Source: an uncultured Bacilli bacterium
GTDB lineage: Bacteria > Bacillota_I > Bacilli_A > RF39 > UBA660
DNA: 60,216 nucleotides
Direction: 5' to 3'
NCBI GenBank assembly: GCA_947624705.1
Contig: CANQLL010000001.1
Span: 1-60,216, forward strand
Below, piece after piece: positions 37,002 to 47,958 of the stretch (positions are counted from its first letter, which is position 1; each line of letters starts with the position of its first letter). A model generated the notes under the pieces. It searched no databases, was not told where the DNA came from, and saw only the letters and a program-made list of their open reading frames with translations. Both the position numbers and the translations under genes were made by a program.

Positions 37002-38003
37002 ATGGATGATATTAAAAATCTAAAGATTGCTTTAGAAAATCATATATTAAAATCTAAAAGAGTAGTTTTAGTTCCCCATTTAGGTATTGATTTTGATGCT
37101 ATTGGAGCGACCTTAGGTCTTAGCTTATTAGCTAAAAAACATAAAAAAGATACAACTATTATCGTTAATGACGATGAACTAAAAATGGATCCGGGTGTAA
37201 AAACAATTATTGATGCAAATCGGGAAACATATAAAATCGTAAATTATGAGCAATTTATTAGAACTAAAAATCCTGATGATTACTTTATCTTAGCTGATGT
37301 TAATAAAAGTAATTTGATTGCTTTAAAAGAAAAATTAGAAAAGGAAAAAGTTTTAATTATTGATCATCATAATGAAGATGCTAACACTTTAATGGCGGAG
37401 TATAAATATGTTAATCCGCGTGTTTCCTCCGCTTGTGAAGTTGTCACTAAATTATTATGTATGAATCGGATTAAAATAACGCCCGAAATGGCAAATTATT
37501 TATTAGCAGGGATTTATTTAGATACCAAAAGAATGACAAGTAATAATGCTTCATCGGAAACATTTAGAATTGTTAGTAAATTAATAGAAAAAGGGGCAAA
37601 TACTAATTACGTAAATGATTTATTTATGGAAGATTTTAATAGTGATCGAAAGGTGCATAAATTAGTCTCTTTAGCCAATCTAGTTAATATAAGTTTTGCT
37701 TTAGCTAGTGCTAATGAAGATGTTATTTATACCAAAGAAGAATTAGCCAAAGTAGCCGATTATTTATTAAAATTTAAAATAGATGCTTCCTTTGCCATTG
37801 GGCATATTGATGAAAATATTATTTCTGTTAGTGCTCGAGCTAAAGGTAATATTGATGTTGGGAACATCATGAGTGAATTTGGTGGGGGCGGAAATGAATA
37901 TTCGGCCGCAGCGAAAGTCGAAAATACTTCTATTGCTGAGGTAAGTAATAAATTATATCGGATATTGAAACCACAATATTATAAAGATAATGTAACAAAT
38001 TAG
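37002..38003 (+). CDS. DHH family phosphoesterase (NrnA-like)
   Basis: DHH motifs (HLGIDFDAIGA, IIDHHN) and a DHHA1 GGGG-x-x-x-AA block near the C-terminus. Confidence 0.75.
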   Translation: MDDIKNLKIALENHILKSKRVVLVPHLGIDFDAIGATLGLSLLAKKHKKDTTIIVNDDELKMDPGVKTIIDANRETYKIVNYEQFIRTKNPDDYFILADVNKSNLIALKEKLEKEKVLIIDHHNEDANTLMAEYKYVNPRVSSACEVVTKLLCMNRIKITPEMANYLLAGIYLDTKRMTSNNASSETFRIVSKLIEKGANTNYVNDLFMEDFNSDRKVHKLVSLANLVNISFALASANEDVIYTKEELAKVADYLLKFKIDASFAIGHIDENIISVSARAKGNIDVGNIMSEFGGGGNEYSAAAKVENTSIAEVSNKLYRILKPQYYKDNVTN

Positions 38004-38022
38004 AAAAAATTTTGGAGGAATT

Positions 38023-39267
38023 ATGGAAAAAAATGTACATGAAATTGAAAAAGTATTTAAAGGGGAAAAATGGACAAAGCTTTTAGATGAAGTCTTTAAT
38101 AAAAAGAAAAAGGATATTAAAATGGATGGCTTTCGTAAAGGCGCAGTTCCTAAAGATATCTATCTAAAAAAAGTAGGAGTTGAAGTATTATTTCCTGATG
38201 CCGTAGATTTAGCTATTAATGAAGGATTAGGTGAAATATTAAAAGAAGGTAAAGTAATTCCGGTTATTGAACCTAGAATTGATATTACGGATATTAATCC
38301 TAATGAATTAAAAATTAAATTTACTATTATTACTAAACCCGAAATTAAATTAGGAGAATATAAAAATTTAGGGGTAAAAAAAGAAGAAGCTAAAGTTAGT
38401 AAAGAAGAACTTGATAAAGAAGTAAAAAGATTACAATCTAAATATGCCGAGATTGTTGAAAAAGAAAAAGGGAAGGCGGAAAATGGCAATACGGCTGTAA
38501 TTGATTTTACTGGTTATGTAGAAGGAAAAGAACTTGAGGATGGAAAAGGGGAGAATTATCCACTAGAATTAGGTTCTAATACATTTATTCCAGGCTTTGA
38601 AGAAGCTGTTGTCGGGATGGAAATTGGTGAAGAAAAAGAAATTAATTTAACATTCCCTGATAACTATACGGAAAATTTGCGAAATAAAGATGTTACTTTT
38701 AAAGTTAAATTACAAGGCTTAAAAGAAAGAGTGTTACCGGAAATAAATGAGGAATTCTTCCAAGATTTAGGCTATGATGATGTTAAAACTGTTGAAGATT
38801 TTTATCAAAAAATAGAAAATGATTTAAAGAAAGTTAAAGAAAAAGAATTAGATGATAAATATTTAAAAGATTGTTTAGATAAAGCTGTTAGTAACATGGA
38901 AGTAAATATTAATCAAGAAATTATTGATGATGAAATTCATCATATGATTCATAATATGGAAGAAAGATTACAAATGCAAGGTTTATCTTTAGAACAATAC
39001 ATGCAATTTACCGGGATGAAACATGAAGATTTACATAATCAATTTGCTGATGATGCTTTAAATCGAATTAAAAATACTTATCTATTAGAAAGTGTAGCTG
39101 ATCAAGAAAAAATTGAAATTGATGATAAGCAAATTGATGAAGAAATTAAAAGATTAAGTGATGAATATCATATGAGTGAAGAAGATATTGTTAAAGAAAT
39201 AGGAAATTGCGAAGTCATTAGATTCGATTTAAAAATGCGCAGAGCAATGGATATTATCAAAGGGTAG
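38023..39267 (+). CDS. tig: Trigger factor
   Basis: N-terminal ribosome-binding GFRKG motif (DGFRKGAVP), a central FKBP-type PPIase (DFTGYVEG...FIPGFEEAVVGM) and a helical C-domain. Confidence 0.95.
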   Translation: MEKNVHEIEKVFKGEKWTKLLDEVFNKKKKDIKMDGFRKGAVPKDIYLKKVGVEVLFPDAVDLAINEGLGEILKEGKVIPVIEPRIDITDINPNELKIKFTIITKPEIKLGEYKNLGVKKEEAKVSKEELDKEVKRLQSKYAEIVEKEKGKAENGNTAVIDFTGYVEGKELEDGKGENYPLELGSNTFIPGFEEAVVGMEIGEEKEINLTFPDNYTENLRNKDVTFKVKLQGLKERVLPEINEEFFQDLGYDDVKTVEDFYQKIENDLKKVKEKELDDKYLKDCLDKAVSNMEVNINQEIIDDEIHHMIHNMEERLQMQGLSLEQYMQFTGMKHEDLHNQFADDALNRIKNTYLLESVADQEKIEIDDKQIDEEIKRLSDEYHMSEEDIVKEIGNCEVIRFDLKMRRAMDIIKG

Positions 39268-39332
39268 AAAAATCTATTCTTTTTTCTTGTTTAAAAATCT
39301 AGTTCATGGTAAGATACTAATATAAGGAGGAT

Positions 39333-39899
39333 ATGATGAGTACAGGATTAATAATTTTAATTGTCGTTATTGCTTTAGTTGTTATATTAGCTTTATATGT
39401 TATAGCTACTCATAATAAATTAGTAGAACTTAAAAATAGAGTTAAAGATCAATGGGCGCAAATTGATGTACAATTAAAAAGAAGATTTGATTTAATACCT
39501 AACTTAGTAGAAACTGTTAAAGGTTATACTAAACATGAAAGTGAAACTTTAGAAAATGTTGTTAAAGCTCGTAATACTTATTTATCAGCAACAACTAATG
39601 AAGAGGCCATTAAAGCTAATAATGATTTAACTGGTGCCATTTCTAAATTATTTGCTTTATCAGAAAGTTATCCTGATTTAAAAGCAAATACTAATTTTTT
39701 ACAAATGCAAGCTGATTTAAAAGATGTTGAAGATAAAATTGCCTCAGCTCGACAATTTTATAATGATACAGTTTTACAATATAACAATAAAATTCAAATG
39801 TTTCCTTCCAATATTGTGGCAAGTATGTTTCATTACAAAGCTGAAGCTTTCTTTGAAGCTGCTGATACGGAAAGAGAAAACGTTCAAGTTAAGTTCTAA
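39333..39899 (+). CDS. lemA: LemA family protein
   Basis: N-terminal TM, then NKLVELKNRVKDQWAQIDVQLKRRFDLIPNLVETVKGY, the classic LemA pattern. Confidence 0.9.
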   Translation: MMSTGLIILIVVIALVVILALYVIATHNKLVELKNRVKDQWAQIDVQLKRRFDLIPNLVETVKGYTKHESETLENVVKARNTYLSATTNEEAIKANNDLTGAISKLFALSESYPDLKANTNFLQMQADLKDVEDKIASARQFYNDTVLQYNNKIQMFPSNIVASMFHYKAEAFFEAADTERENVQVKF

Positions 39900-39983
39900 A
39901 AAGAAAATAATTTTCTTTTTTCTTTTAAAATAATTGACATACAAAAGTACGTATGATATTTTGGTATTAAAGAAGGTGAAGTA

Positions 39984-42887
39984 ATGTATATTCCATTTGT
40001 TAAAACTGATCATAGTTTACTTAAAAGTTTAATTAAAATTGATAATTTAATTAATTTTTTAAAAAAGAATAATATTACTTCCTGTGGAGTTTGTGATGAT
40101 AATTTATTTGGAGCAATAGAATTTTATCATAAATGTTTGGAAAATAATATTAAACCGATTATTGGTTTAACTTTATCAATCAATGACCATGAAATTTATT
40201 TAATTGCTCAAAATTATGAAGGTTATCAAAATTTATTACAAATAAATACTTTAATGCAACAAGAAGAGATTGCTTTAGTTCATCTTGATAAATATAGTCG
40301 AAATTTAATTTGTATTATCCCTTATGAAAATTATAATTTATATACCAATTTAAAAGAAATATATTCTTATACTTATCTTGGTTATACAACTGAATATGAA
40401 AAGAATAATGCTTTAGTTTTTACAAATCAAATAATATTTTTTAATGTTTTAAAAGCTTTAAATTTAGAAGATACTAGATATTTAAAATATCTTCAAATGA
40501 TTGATAAAGGACAAACAATTAATAATTATGATAAAAAAGATTATGCTAAAAATTATTATTTAACGGAATATGATGAAGAAGATCAAGAAAGTATAATTAA
40601 AGTTAGTAATTTAATTGATTTAAAAATACCATATCATAATTTATATATTCCTAAATATAAAGAAGAAGATAGTGTAAAATATTTAGAAGAATTAACTCAT
40701 AAAGGTCTATTAAAAAGATTAAATATGGTTCAAGATGAAAAATATTTAAAAAGATTAGAATATGAACTTAGTGTCATTAAAGAAATGGGTTTTGTTGATT
40801 ATTTCTTAATAGTTTATGATTATATTTTATATGCTAAAAAAAATAATATTTTAGTGGGACCTGGTCGTGGTAGTGCGGCGGGTTCTTTAGTTGCTTATAG
40901 TTTAGGGATTACGGATATTGATCCTTTAAAATATAATTTATTATTTGAAAGATTTTTAAATAAAGAAAGAATAACGATGCCTGATATAGATGTTGATTTT
41001 GAAGATATAAAAAGAGGCGAAGTTATTGATTATTTAAAAAATAAATATGGAAATGAAAATGTGGCTAATATTATGACTTATTCTTCCTTAACTTCTAAAC
41101 AAGTTTTAAGAGATGTTGGTAAAATATTAGAAATAGAGGAAAAACAATTAAATAATTTATTAAATTTAATTGAACCTAAAAAAGAATTAATGGCTAACTA
41201 TAAAAGTAATAATCGTTTACAAATTCTTTTAAAAAATAATAAAAATTTACAAATTATGTTTAAAATAGCTTTAAAGTTAGAAGGGTTAAAAAGACAAATT
41301 TCGACTCATGCGGCAGGGGTAGTAATCTCCAGTGTTAAACTAGATAAAGTAATTCCGATTGTTAAAAGTGAAAATAATATTTCAACTGGTTGTACTATGG
41401 AATATTTAGAAGAATTAGGTTTAATTAAAATGGATATTTTATCAATACGTAATTTACGAACTATTCATGATATCTTAGATTTAATTGCTCAAAATACAAA
41501 GTATAAAATAAGTTTACCTAAAATTCCACTTAATGATGAGAAAACTTTAAAAATGTTTCAAACTGGAAATACGATTGGGGTTTTTCAATTTGAAAGTACA
41601 GGAATGAAAAATTTTTTACGGAAATTAAAACCAAATTCATTTAATGATTTAATTGCTGCTATTGCTTTATTTCGTCCGGGACCGATGGATAATATCGATG
41701 AATTTATTAAAAGAAAAGAAGGAAAAACTAAAATTGATTATATTGATGCCAGTTTAGAAGATATTTTAAAAGAAACTTATGGAATTATTGTTTATCAAGA
41801 ACAAATAATGCAAATATTAGTTAAAATGGGTAATTATAGTTTTGCAGAAGCTGATATTATTAGAAGAGCTATGAGTAAGAAAAAAGCAGAGGTTATTGCA
41901 AGTCAAAAAGAAATATTTTTAAAAAAATCGGTGGCTAATGGTTATAGTCAAGAATGTGCTATTAAAGTTTATGATTTAATTTTAAAATTTGCGGGTTATG
42001 GTTTTAATAAATCTCATTCGGTTGCTTATGCTTTAGTCGGTTATCAAATGGCCTTTTTAAAAGCGCACTTTCCGACTATCTTTTATACTAACTTATTAAA
42101 TATGAATGTTGCTAGTGAAGAAAAAACTAATGAATATTTACAAATATTAAAGAAAAATAATATTAAAATTATGGGTCCTCAGATAAATGAAAGTACTGAT
42201 ACTTATCAAGTAAAAGATAATAAATTATTAATGCCTTTTGGTGTTATAAAAAATTTAGGGACAAATGCAGCTTTAGAAATCCTAAGTGCTAGAAAAAAAG
42301 GAAAATTCACTGACTTTTTTGATTTTGTTCGCCGTACTCATGGGAAAAGTATTACTAAAAAAGTGATTGAATCACTAATCTATGCCGGAGCTTTTTTAGA
42401 GTTTTCCGAAACTAAACAAACTTTAATTAATAATTTAGAAAGTGCCATAACCTATGCCGAATTAACTAGTGAAATCGATTCTCCTTTAGTTTTAAAACCA
42501 GAGTTAGAAAAATTTAGTGAATATAACGAGGCTACTTTAATTGCTAAAGAAAAAGAAGTATTAGGTTTTTTTGTCACAAATCATCCAGCTAGTCGTTATC
42601 ATGATTCAAAGCTGGTAAAATTAGAAAACATCAATCAATATTTTGATAAATATATTAAAAGTGTAGTTTTAGTTACCAAAGTTTATAGTACAAATACTAA
42701 AACTGGAGATAAAATGTCTTTTGTAACCGGTGAAGATGAAACAGCTACTTGTGAATTTATTATTTTTCCTAAGAAAAAATCTTTATTAACTAAATTTAAA
42801 AAAGATGATTTAGTTTTAATTACGGGGAAAGTTGAAAGACGTTTAAATAAGTTACAAATAATAGTGTCTAATCTTGAAAAAGTATAA
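39984..42887 (+). CDS. dnaE: DNA polymerase III alpha subunit, DnaE type (967 aa)
   Basis: Pol III alpha palm and fingers blocks (GPGRGSAAGSLVAYSLGITDIDP, MPDIDVDF, HAAGVVIS, FRPGP, GYGFNKSHS) and a C-terminal OB fold. The N-terminal PHP motif is degenerate. Confidence 0.93.
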   Translation: MYIPFVKTDHSLLKSLIKIDNLINFLKKNNITSCGVCDDNLFGAIEFYHKCLENNIKPIIGLTLSINDHEIYLIAQNYEGYQNLLQINTLMQQEEIALVHLDKYSRNLICIIPYENYNLYTNLKEIYSYTYLGYTTEYEKNNALVFTNQIIFFNVLKALNLEDTRYLKYLQMIDKGQTINNYDKKDYAKNYYLTEYDEEDQESIIKVSNLIDLKIPYHNLYIPKYKEEDSVKYLEELTHKGLLKRLNMVQDEKYLKRLEYELSVIKEMGFVDYFLIVYDYILYAKKNNILVGPGRGSAAGSLVAYSLGITDIDPLKYNLLFERFLNKERITMPDIDVDFEDIKRGEVIDYLKNKYGNENVANIMTYSSLTSKQVLRDVGKILEIEEKQLNNLLNLIEPKKELMANYKSNNRLQILLKNNKNLQIMFKIALKLEGLKRQISTHAAGVVISSVKLDKVIPIVKSENNISTGCTMEYLEELGLIKMDILSIRNLRTIHDILDLIAQNTKYKISLPKIPLNDEKTLKMFQTGNTIGVFQFESTGMKNFLRKLKPNSFNDLIAAIALFRPGPMDNIDEFIKRKEGKTKIDYIDASLEDILKETYGIIVYQEQIMQILVKMGNYSFAEADIIRRAMSKKKAEVIASQKEIFLKKSVANGYSQECAIKVYDLILKFAGYGFNKSHSVAYALVGYQMAFLKAHFPTIFYTNLLNMNVASEEKTNEYLQILKKNNIKIMGPQINESTDTYQVKDNKLLMPFGVIKNLGTNAALEILSARKKGKFTDFFDFVRRTHGKSITKKVIESLIYAGAFLEFSETKQTLINNLESAITYAELTSEIDSPLVLKPELEKFSEYNEATLIAKEKEVLGFFVTNHPASRYHDSKLVKLENINQYFDKYIKSVVLVTKVYSTNTKTGDKMSFVTGEDETATCEFIIFPKKKSLLTKFKKDDLVLITGKVERRLNKLQIIVSNLEKV

Positions 42888-43007
42888 AAAGAAAGAAGTA
42901 GTTGGGAATGAAAATAATTACTAATTTAAATTTTGCTAATGAAACTATAGGAAAAAAATTACGATTTAGATTTAAGTGATAATAAAATTAAGCATACTTA
43001 TATAACC

Positions 43008-43541
43008 TTGCAAATGCCCTATATAAGAAAACAAAATTATTTTCATTCTATATGCTATCAATATAATAATATTAATGAATTAGAAAAGATTAAAGTTAAA
43101 ACTATTGGTCTTGATATAATTGATTTTTATTTAAATGGAGAATGTTGGCTATATCCAAATTGGAATAATGAAAGTAAGAATATTTATTTAAGTAAAAAAA
43201 TTATTAATGATCAAGAAATTACTATTTTAACCTTAGATTTTTGTCATGATTTTCAATATTATATAATTTTTAATAATTACTTATATTATATTTCTAATCA
43301 AACTAAATTAACTAAAGAACAATTATGTACTTTGGCTGTAAATTCTAATTTTAAGTATGATATAAAAAATAAGCAATTGTTAGCAACTGATAAAAACAGG
43401 GCAACATTTAAAATAATTTTAAATGTTTATCAGCAATATATTAAATTTATTAAAATGAATAATTATAGTCAAAAATTTTTACCAATAATTGAACAAGAAA
43501 TAGATGAATATATTAATAGTTATAAAAAATTAATAAAATAA
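43008..43541 (+). CDS. Hypothetical protein (possibly the 3' part of a gene starting at 42908 and broken at an A7 run)
   Basis: 177-aa ORF with a non-ATG track start. Its frame is open back to 42951 and abuts a 23-codon ORF (42908..42979) at the A7 run 42952-42958. Confidence 0.4.
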   Translation: MQMPYIRKQNYFHSICYQYNNINELEKIKVKTIGLDIIDFYLNGECWLYPNWNNESKNIYLSKKIINDQEITILTLDFCHDFQYYIIFNNYLYYISNQTKLTKEQLCTLAVNSNFKYDIKNKQLLATDKNRATFKIILNVYQQYIKFIKMNNYSQKFLPIIEQEIDEYINSYKKLIK

Positions 43542-43628
43542 ATTTCTTTCTTTTTCATGTGAAATTATTGCAAAAAAAATAAGAAATTTGTAAAATAAAT
43601 AGGGAGCATTAATAAGGGAGGTAACGGG

Positions 43629-46600
43629 ATGAATGAATTAGAAAGATTTTTTAAAAGTATAAATTTTATTGATGAAAATCAAGATTTTCAAACAGTAGAA
43701 ATAAAAAAAGTTGTAATTAATAAAAAAACAGAAGAATTTACCGTTTATTTAAAAGCTGAAAAAGTTTTAAAAAAAGATATTATTGATTCATTATTTAAAG
43801 CTACTAAAAATAAAATAAATGGGCAAAAAAAAGTAAAAATAAAAATTACTTATGAAAATATAACTGATGATGAAATATTAGATTATTTTAAAATTTTATT
43901 TAATGCTTTAATTAAAAAAAGACCTTCCTTAATCGCTTTAGCGGAAACTAAAATTACTTGTTTAAATAAAAATATTAAAATTGAAGTTGGAAATAAAATA
44001 GAAGAAGAACAAATTTTAGAAGAAATAAGTGCTTTACAAAAAGAATTAAGTAAATATGGTTTTAATGATGTAAGTATTGAAACTGACTTAAACGAACAAA
44101 TAGCTATAGATGTAAAAAAGAGTATTGAACAAACGGCTAGCGCCAGTTTAACTAAAACAATAGAAGAAAATAAAACAAATATTATAATGGGTAAACATAT
44201 TGATGGGGAAGTTTTAGCTATTGATAATATTATGAATGATGTGCGTAATATTATAGTAGAAGCATATATATTTGGTATTGATACAATGGAAAGAGATAAT
44301 ATTAATATTATTACTTTAAAAATAAGTGATAAAACTAATAGTATCTTAGCGAAAATATTTAAAAAAGATAAAGAAGAATATCATGATATTTTAAAAGAAC
44401 TAAAAGTTGGTTCTTGGTATCGAATTCATGGTAATGCCGAGTATGATAATTTTGCCAAAGATATGGTTATTGCTATACGTAATTTAGAAAAAATTACGAG
44501 TAAAGAGCAAAAATTGGTAGATAATGCTGAGGTTAAAAGAGTCGAGTTACATACTCATACATTTATGAGTACTATGGATAGTGTAGTTAATCAAAAAGAT
44601 TTAGTTAAATATGCTATATCTTTAGGACATAAAGCGGTGGCTGTAACAGATCATAACTGTTTACAAGCTTATCCCGAAATTTATCATGCTGTTTGTGATT
44701 ATAACAAAGGCAAAGAAGAAAAAGATCATTTTAAAGTTTTATATGGGGCTGAATTAAGTGTCGTTAATGATGATGTCGATGTTATTTTTAATCCTCAAAA
44801 TTATAATTTAATGGATCAAACTTACGTGGTATTTGATACAGAAACAACGGGTTTTCATCCTGGTAAAGATCAAATGATTGAAATAGGAGCTGTAAAAATA
44901 TGTAATGGGGAAATTACGGATCGTTTTGATGAATTAATTGATCCTGGTTATCCAATTCCCAAAAGAATTGTCGAGTTAACCCAAATTACTGATGAATTAG
45001 TTAAGGGAAAAGATAATGAAGAAAATGTCACTAAACGTTTCTTAGAGTGGACAGGGGACTTACCTATGGTTGCTCATAATGCTAAATTTGATATATCCTT
45101 TATGCAAGAAGCCATGCAAAAATATAATTTAGGTAAATTTACCAATACCGTAGTAGATACCATGAGTCTAGCTCGAATTTTAAATCCTGAATGGTCTAAT
45201 CACAAATTACAAACTTTAGTCCGAAGATATAAAATTGAATGGAATGAAGATGAACACCACAGGGCGGATTATGATAGTGAGGGAACAGCTAAAGCTTTTT
45301 ATAAAATGGCTAAAATTTTATACGATCGTAATCTAGAGACAACCATGGATTTATATAATTCAATTGATAAAGATGAACTAGTTAAATTTTCGGTTCCTTT
45401 TCATATTAGTATTATTGCTCAAAATAAAGTAGGATTAAAAAATTTATTTAAAATAATATCCATGGCTAATACTAAATATTTATTTAAAAATGATCAACCT
45501 AAAATACCTCGTCATGAAATATTAGAACATAAAGAGGGATTACTTTTGGGAAGTGGTTGTGTTAATGGCGAAATCTTTAATGCGGCTTTAAATAAAGAAG
45601 ATGATGAATTATCTAATATGATGCAGTTTTATGATTATATTGAAGTTCAACCCCTTTCCCACATGACACAATTATTAGAAAGTGATTCAAGTGGTTTTAA
45701 AACAAGATTAGATTTAGAAACTCATTTAAAAAAAATTATTAGAATTGCCAAAGAAGCGGGGAAATTAGTTTGTGCCACCGGGGATGTTCATAATTTAACA
45801 GATGAAGATAAAATATATCGAGATATAATATGTTCGCAAAGAATGAATGGACGTTTACATCCTTTAAATCGTCCAGGTATTCATATTCCTAACATGTCTT
45901 TTAAAACCACGGAACAAATGTTAGAAGAATTTAATTTTTTAGATGAAGATGAAGCTTATGAAATTGTCGTTACTAATACTAATAAAGTAGCTGATTTAGT
46001 CGAAGAAGTGGAAGTTATAATTGAAACAGGAGGAGTTCCTTTTTCACCTCGCATTGAGAATTCTAAAGAAACAGTGGAAAATATGGTTTATAATCGCGCC
46101 AAAGAGTTATATGGTGATCCTTTACCTGATTTAATTGCCGAACGCATTACCCAAGAGTTAAAAGGTATTATTGGTGGGGGATTTGACGTTATCTATTTAA
46201 TTGCCCAAAAATTAGTAAAGAAAAGTAATGATGATGGTTATTTAGTTGGCTCCAGAGGTTCCGTTGGTTCTTCCTTTGTTGCGACGATGATGGGGATTAC
46301 CGAAGTTAATCCTTTACCAGCTCATTACTTATGTCCTAAATGTCAAAATAGTATTTTTGAAATCGAAGGAGAATCTTTAGGGGCGACTTATTCTAGTGGT
46401 TATGACTTACCAGATATGAATTGTCCGAAATGTGGTGAAAAAATGCATAAAGAGGGTCAAGATATGCCTTTTGCTACTTTCTTAGGTTTTAATGCCGATA
46501 AAGTTCCTGATATCGATCTTAACTTCTCGGGTGAATATCAGTGGTTAGCTCATGAATACACTAAAGAATTATTTGGAATTGATAATGTTTATCGAGCTGG

Positions 46601-47948
46601 AACTATTGGTACTGTGGCAGAGAAAACCGCTTTTGGTTTTGTTAAACATTATTGTGAAGATAACAATATAATAATGCGTAATATTGAAGTAGAGCGTTTA
46701 GCTAAAGGTTGTACAGGAGCCAAAAGGACAACTGGTCAACATCCCGGCGGAATTGTAGTTATCCCTGGTTATATGGATGTTTATGATTTTACGCCTTTCC
46801 AATATCCAGCTGAGGATAATACTTCTTTATGGCGGACGACGCACTTTGATTATCATGCTATTGATCAAGATGTTTTAAAACTTGATATTCTTGGTCACGA
46901 TGATCCGACCATGTTAAGAATGTTACAAGATTTATCAGGTTTAGATGTGACGAAAATTGATTTAGGTGATAAAGATACGATGCGTATTTTTACGGGTCCG
47001 GAAGTTTTAGGAGTTACGAAAGACCAAATTGCTTGTGAAACTGGAACTTTAGGAGTTCCGGAATTTGGTACTAAATTTGTTATTGGTATGCTTACTGATA
47101 CCAAACCCAAAACATTTGCCGAGTTAATAAAAATCTCTGGTCTATCTCACGGAACTGATGTTTGGTTAGGAAATGCTCAAGATTTAATACGGAATCGAAT
47201 TTGTGAATTTAAAGATGTTATTGGTTGTCGAGATGATATCATGGTGTACTTAATGTATCATGGCGTAGAACCAATTAAAGCTTTTAAAATAATGGAATTT
47301 GTTCGAAAAGGTAAAGCTTCTAAAGATCCTAAAGGTTGGGCAGAATTTGTCCAAATTATGCAACAAGCCGATATTCCGGAATGGTTTATTGAATCATGTC
47401 ATAAAATTAAATACATGTTCCCTAAAGCCCATGCGGCGGCTTATGTTATGAGTGCATTTCGCATTGCTTGGTTTAAAGTTCATCAGCCTATTTATTATTA
47501 TGCTTCCTTTTTTAGCATTCGCTGTGATGATTTTGATATTGATTCGATGATTAAAGGATATGATGCCGTGCGGGCGAAGATTATGGAACTACAAGCTAAA
47601 GGTTATGAAGCAACTAATAAAGATAAAGCGGTGTTAGAAACTTTACAAGTTTGTTTAGAAATGCTTGCTCGCGGTTTTAGTTTTAAAAATATTGACATAG
47701 AAAAAAGTGAAGCGAATAAATTTGTAATAGATGAAGACGGTAAATCCTTAATTCTACCTTTTAAAACGATTGACGGTTTAGGAAGCACTGCGGCTAATAT
47801 GATTATTGAACAACGTAAAGATAAACCATATTATAGTATTGAAGATTTACAAAATCGCGGGAAAGTTAATAATACAACTTTAACTAAATTACGTTTACTT
47901 GGAGTTTTAAATGGTTTACCAGAAACTTCGCAATTAAGTTTATTTTAA
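43629..47948 (+). CDS. polC: DNA polymerase III PolC-type (with inserted 3'-5' exonuclease)
   Basis: 1439 aa with PHP (VELHTHT), DEDDh exonuclease (VVFDTETTG, HNAKFDISF, HRADYD), a zinc module (CPKC...CPKCG) and the PolC palm (PDIDLNF). Confidence 0.98.
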   Translation: MNELERFFKSINFIDENQDFQTVEIKKVVINKKTEEFTVYLKAEKVLKKDIIDSLFKATKNKINGQKKVKIKITYENITDDEILDYFKILFNALIKKRPSLIALAETKITCLNKNIKIEVGNKIEEEQILEEISALQKELSKYGFNDVSIETDLNEQIAIDVKKSIEQTASASLTKTIEENKTNIIMGKHIDGEVLAIDNIMNDVRNIIVEAYIFGIDTMERDNINIITLKISDKTNSILAKIFKKDKEEYHDILKELKVGSWYRIHGNAEYDNFAKDMVIAIRNLEKITSKEQKLVDNAEVKRVELHTHTFMSTMDSVVNQKDLVKYAISLGHKAVAVTDHNCLQAYPEIYHAVCDYNKGKEEKDHFKVLYGAELSVVNDDVDVIFNPQNYNLMDQTYVVFDTETTGFHPGKDQMIEIGAVKICNGEITDRFDELIDPGYPIPKRIVELTQITDELVKGKDNEENVTKRFLEWTGDLPMVAHNAKFDISFMQEAMQKYNLGKFTNTVVDTMSLARILNPEWSNHKLQTLVRRYKIEWNEDEHHRADYDSEGTAKAFYKMAKILYDRNLETTMDLYNSIDKDELVKFSVPFHISIIAQNKVGLKNLFKIISMANTKYLFKNDQPKIPRHEILEHKEGLLLGSGCVNGEIFNAALNKEDDELSNMMQFYDYIEVQPLSHMTQLLESDSSGFKTRLDLETHLKKIIRIAKEAGKLVCATGDVHNLTDEDKIYRDIICSQRMNGRLHPLNRPGIHIPNMSFKTTEQMLEEFNFLDEDEAYEIVVTNTNKVADLVEEVEVIIETGGVPFSPRIENSKETVENMVYNRAKELYGDPLPDLIAERITQELKGIIGGGFDVIYLIAQKLVKKSNDDGYLVGSRGSVGSSFVATMMGITEVNPLPAHYLCPKCQNSIFEIEGESLGATYSSGYDLPDMNCPKCGEKMHKEGQDMPFATFLGFNADKVPDIDLNFSGEYQWLAHEYTKELFGIDNVYRAGTIGTVAEKTAFGFVKHYCEDNNIIMRNIEVERLAKGCTGAKRTTGQHPGGIVVIPGYMDVYDFTPFQYPAEDNTSLWRTTHFDYHAIDQDVLKLDILGHDDPTMLRMLQDLSGLDVTKIDLGDKDTMRIFTGPEVLGVTKDQIACETGTLGVPEFGTKFVIGMLTDTKPKTFAELIKISGLSHGTDVWLGNAQDLIRNRICEFKDVIGCRDDIMVYLMYHGVEPIKAFKIMEFVRKGKASKDPKGWAEFVQIMQQADIPEWFIESCHKIKYMFPKAHAAAYVMSAFRIAWFKVHQPIYYYASFFSIRCDDFDIDSMIKGYDAVRAKIMELQAKGYEATNKDKAVLETLQVCLEMLARGFSFKNIDIEKSEANKFVIDEDGKSLILPFKTIDGLGSTAANMIIEQRKDKPYYSIEDLQNRGKVNNTTLTKLRLLGVLNGLPETSQLSLF

Positions 47949-47958
47949 GGGTGAGATT

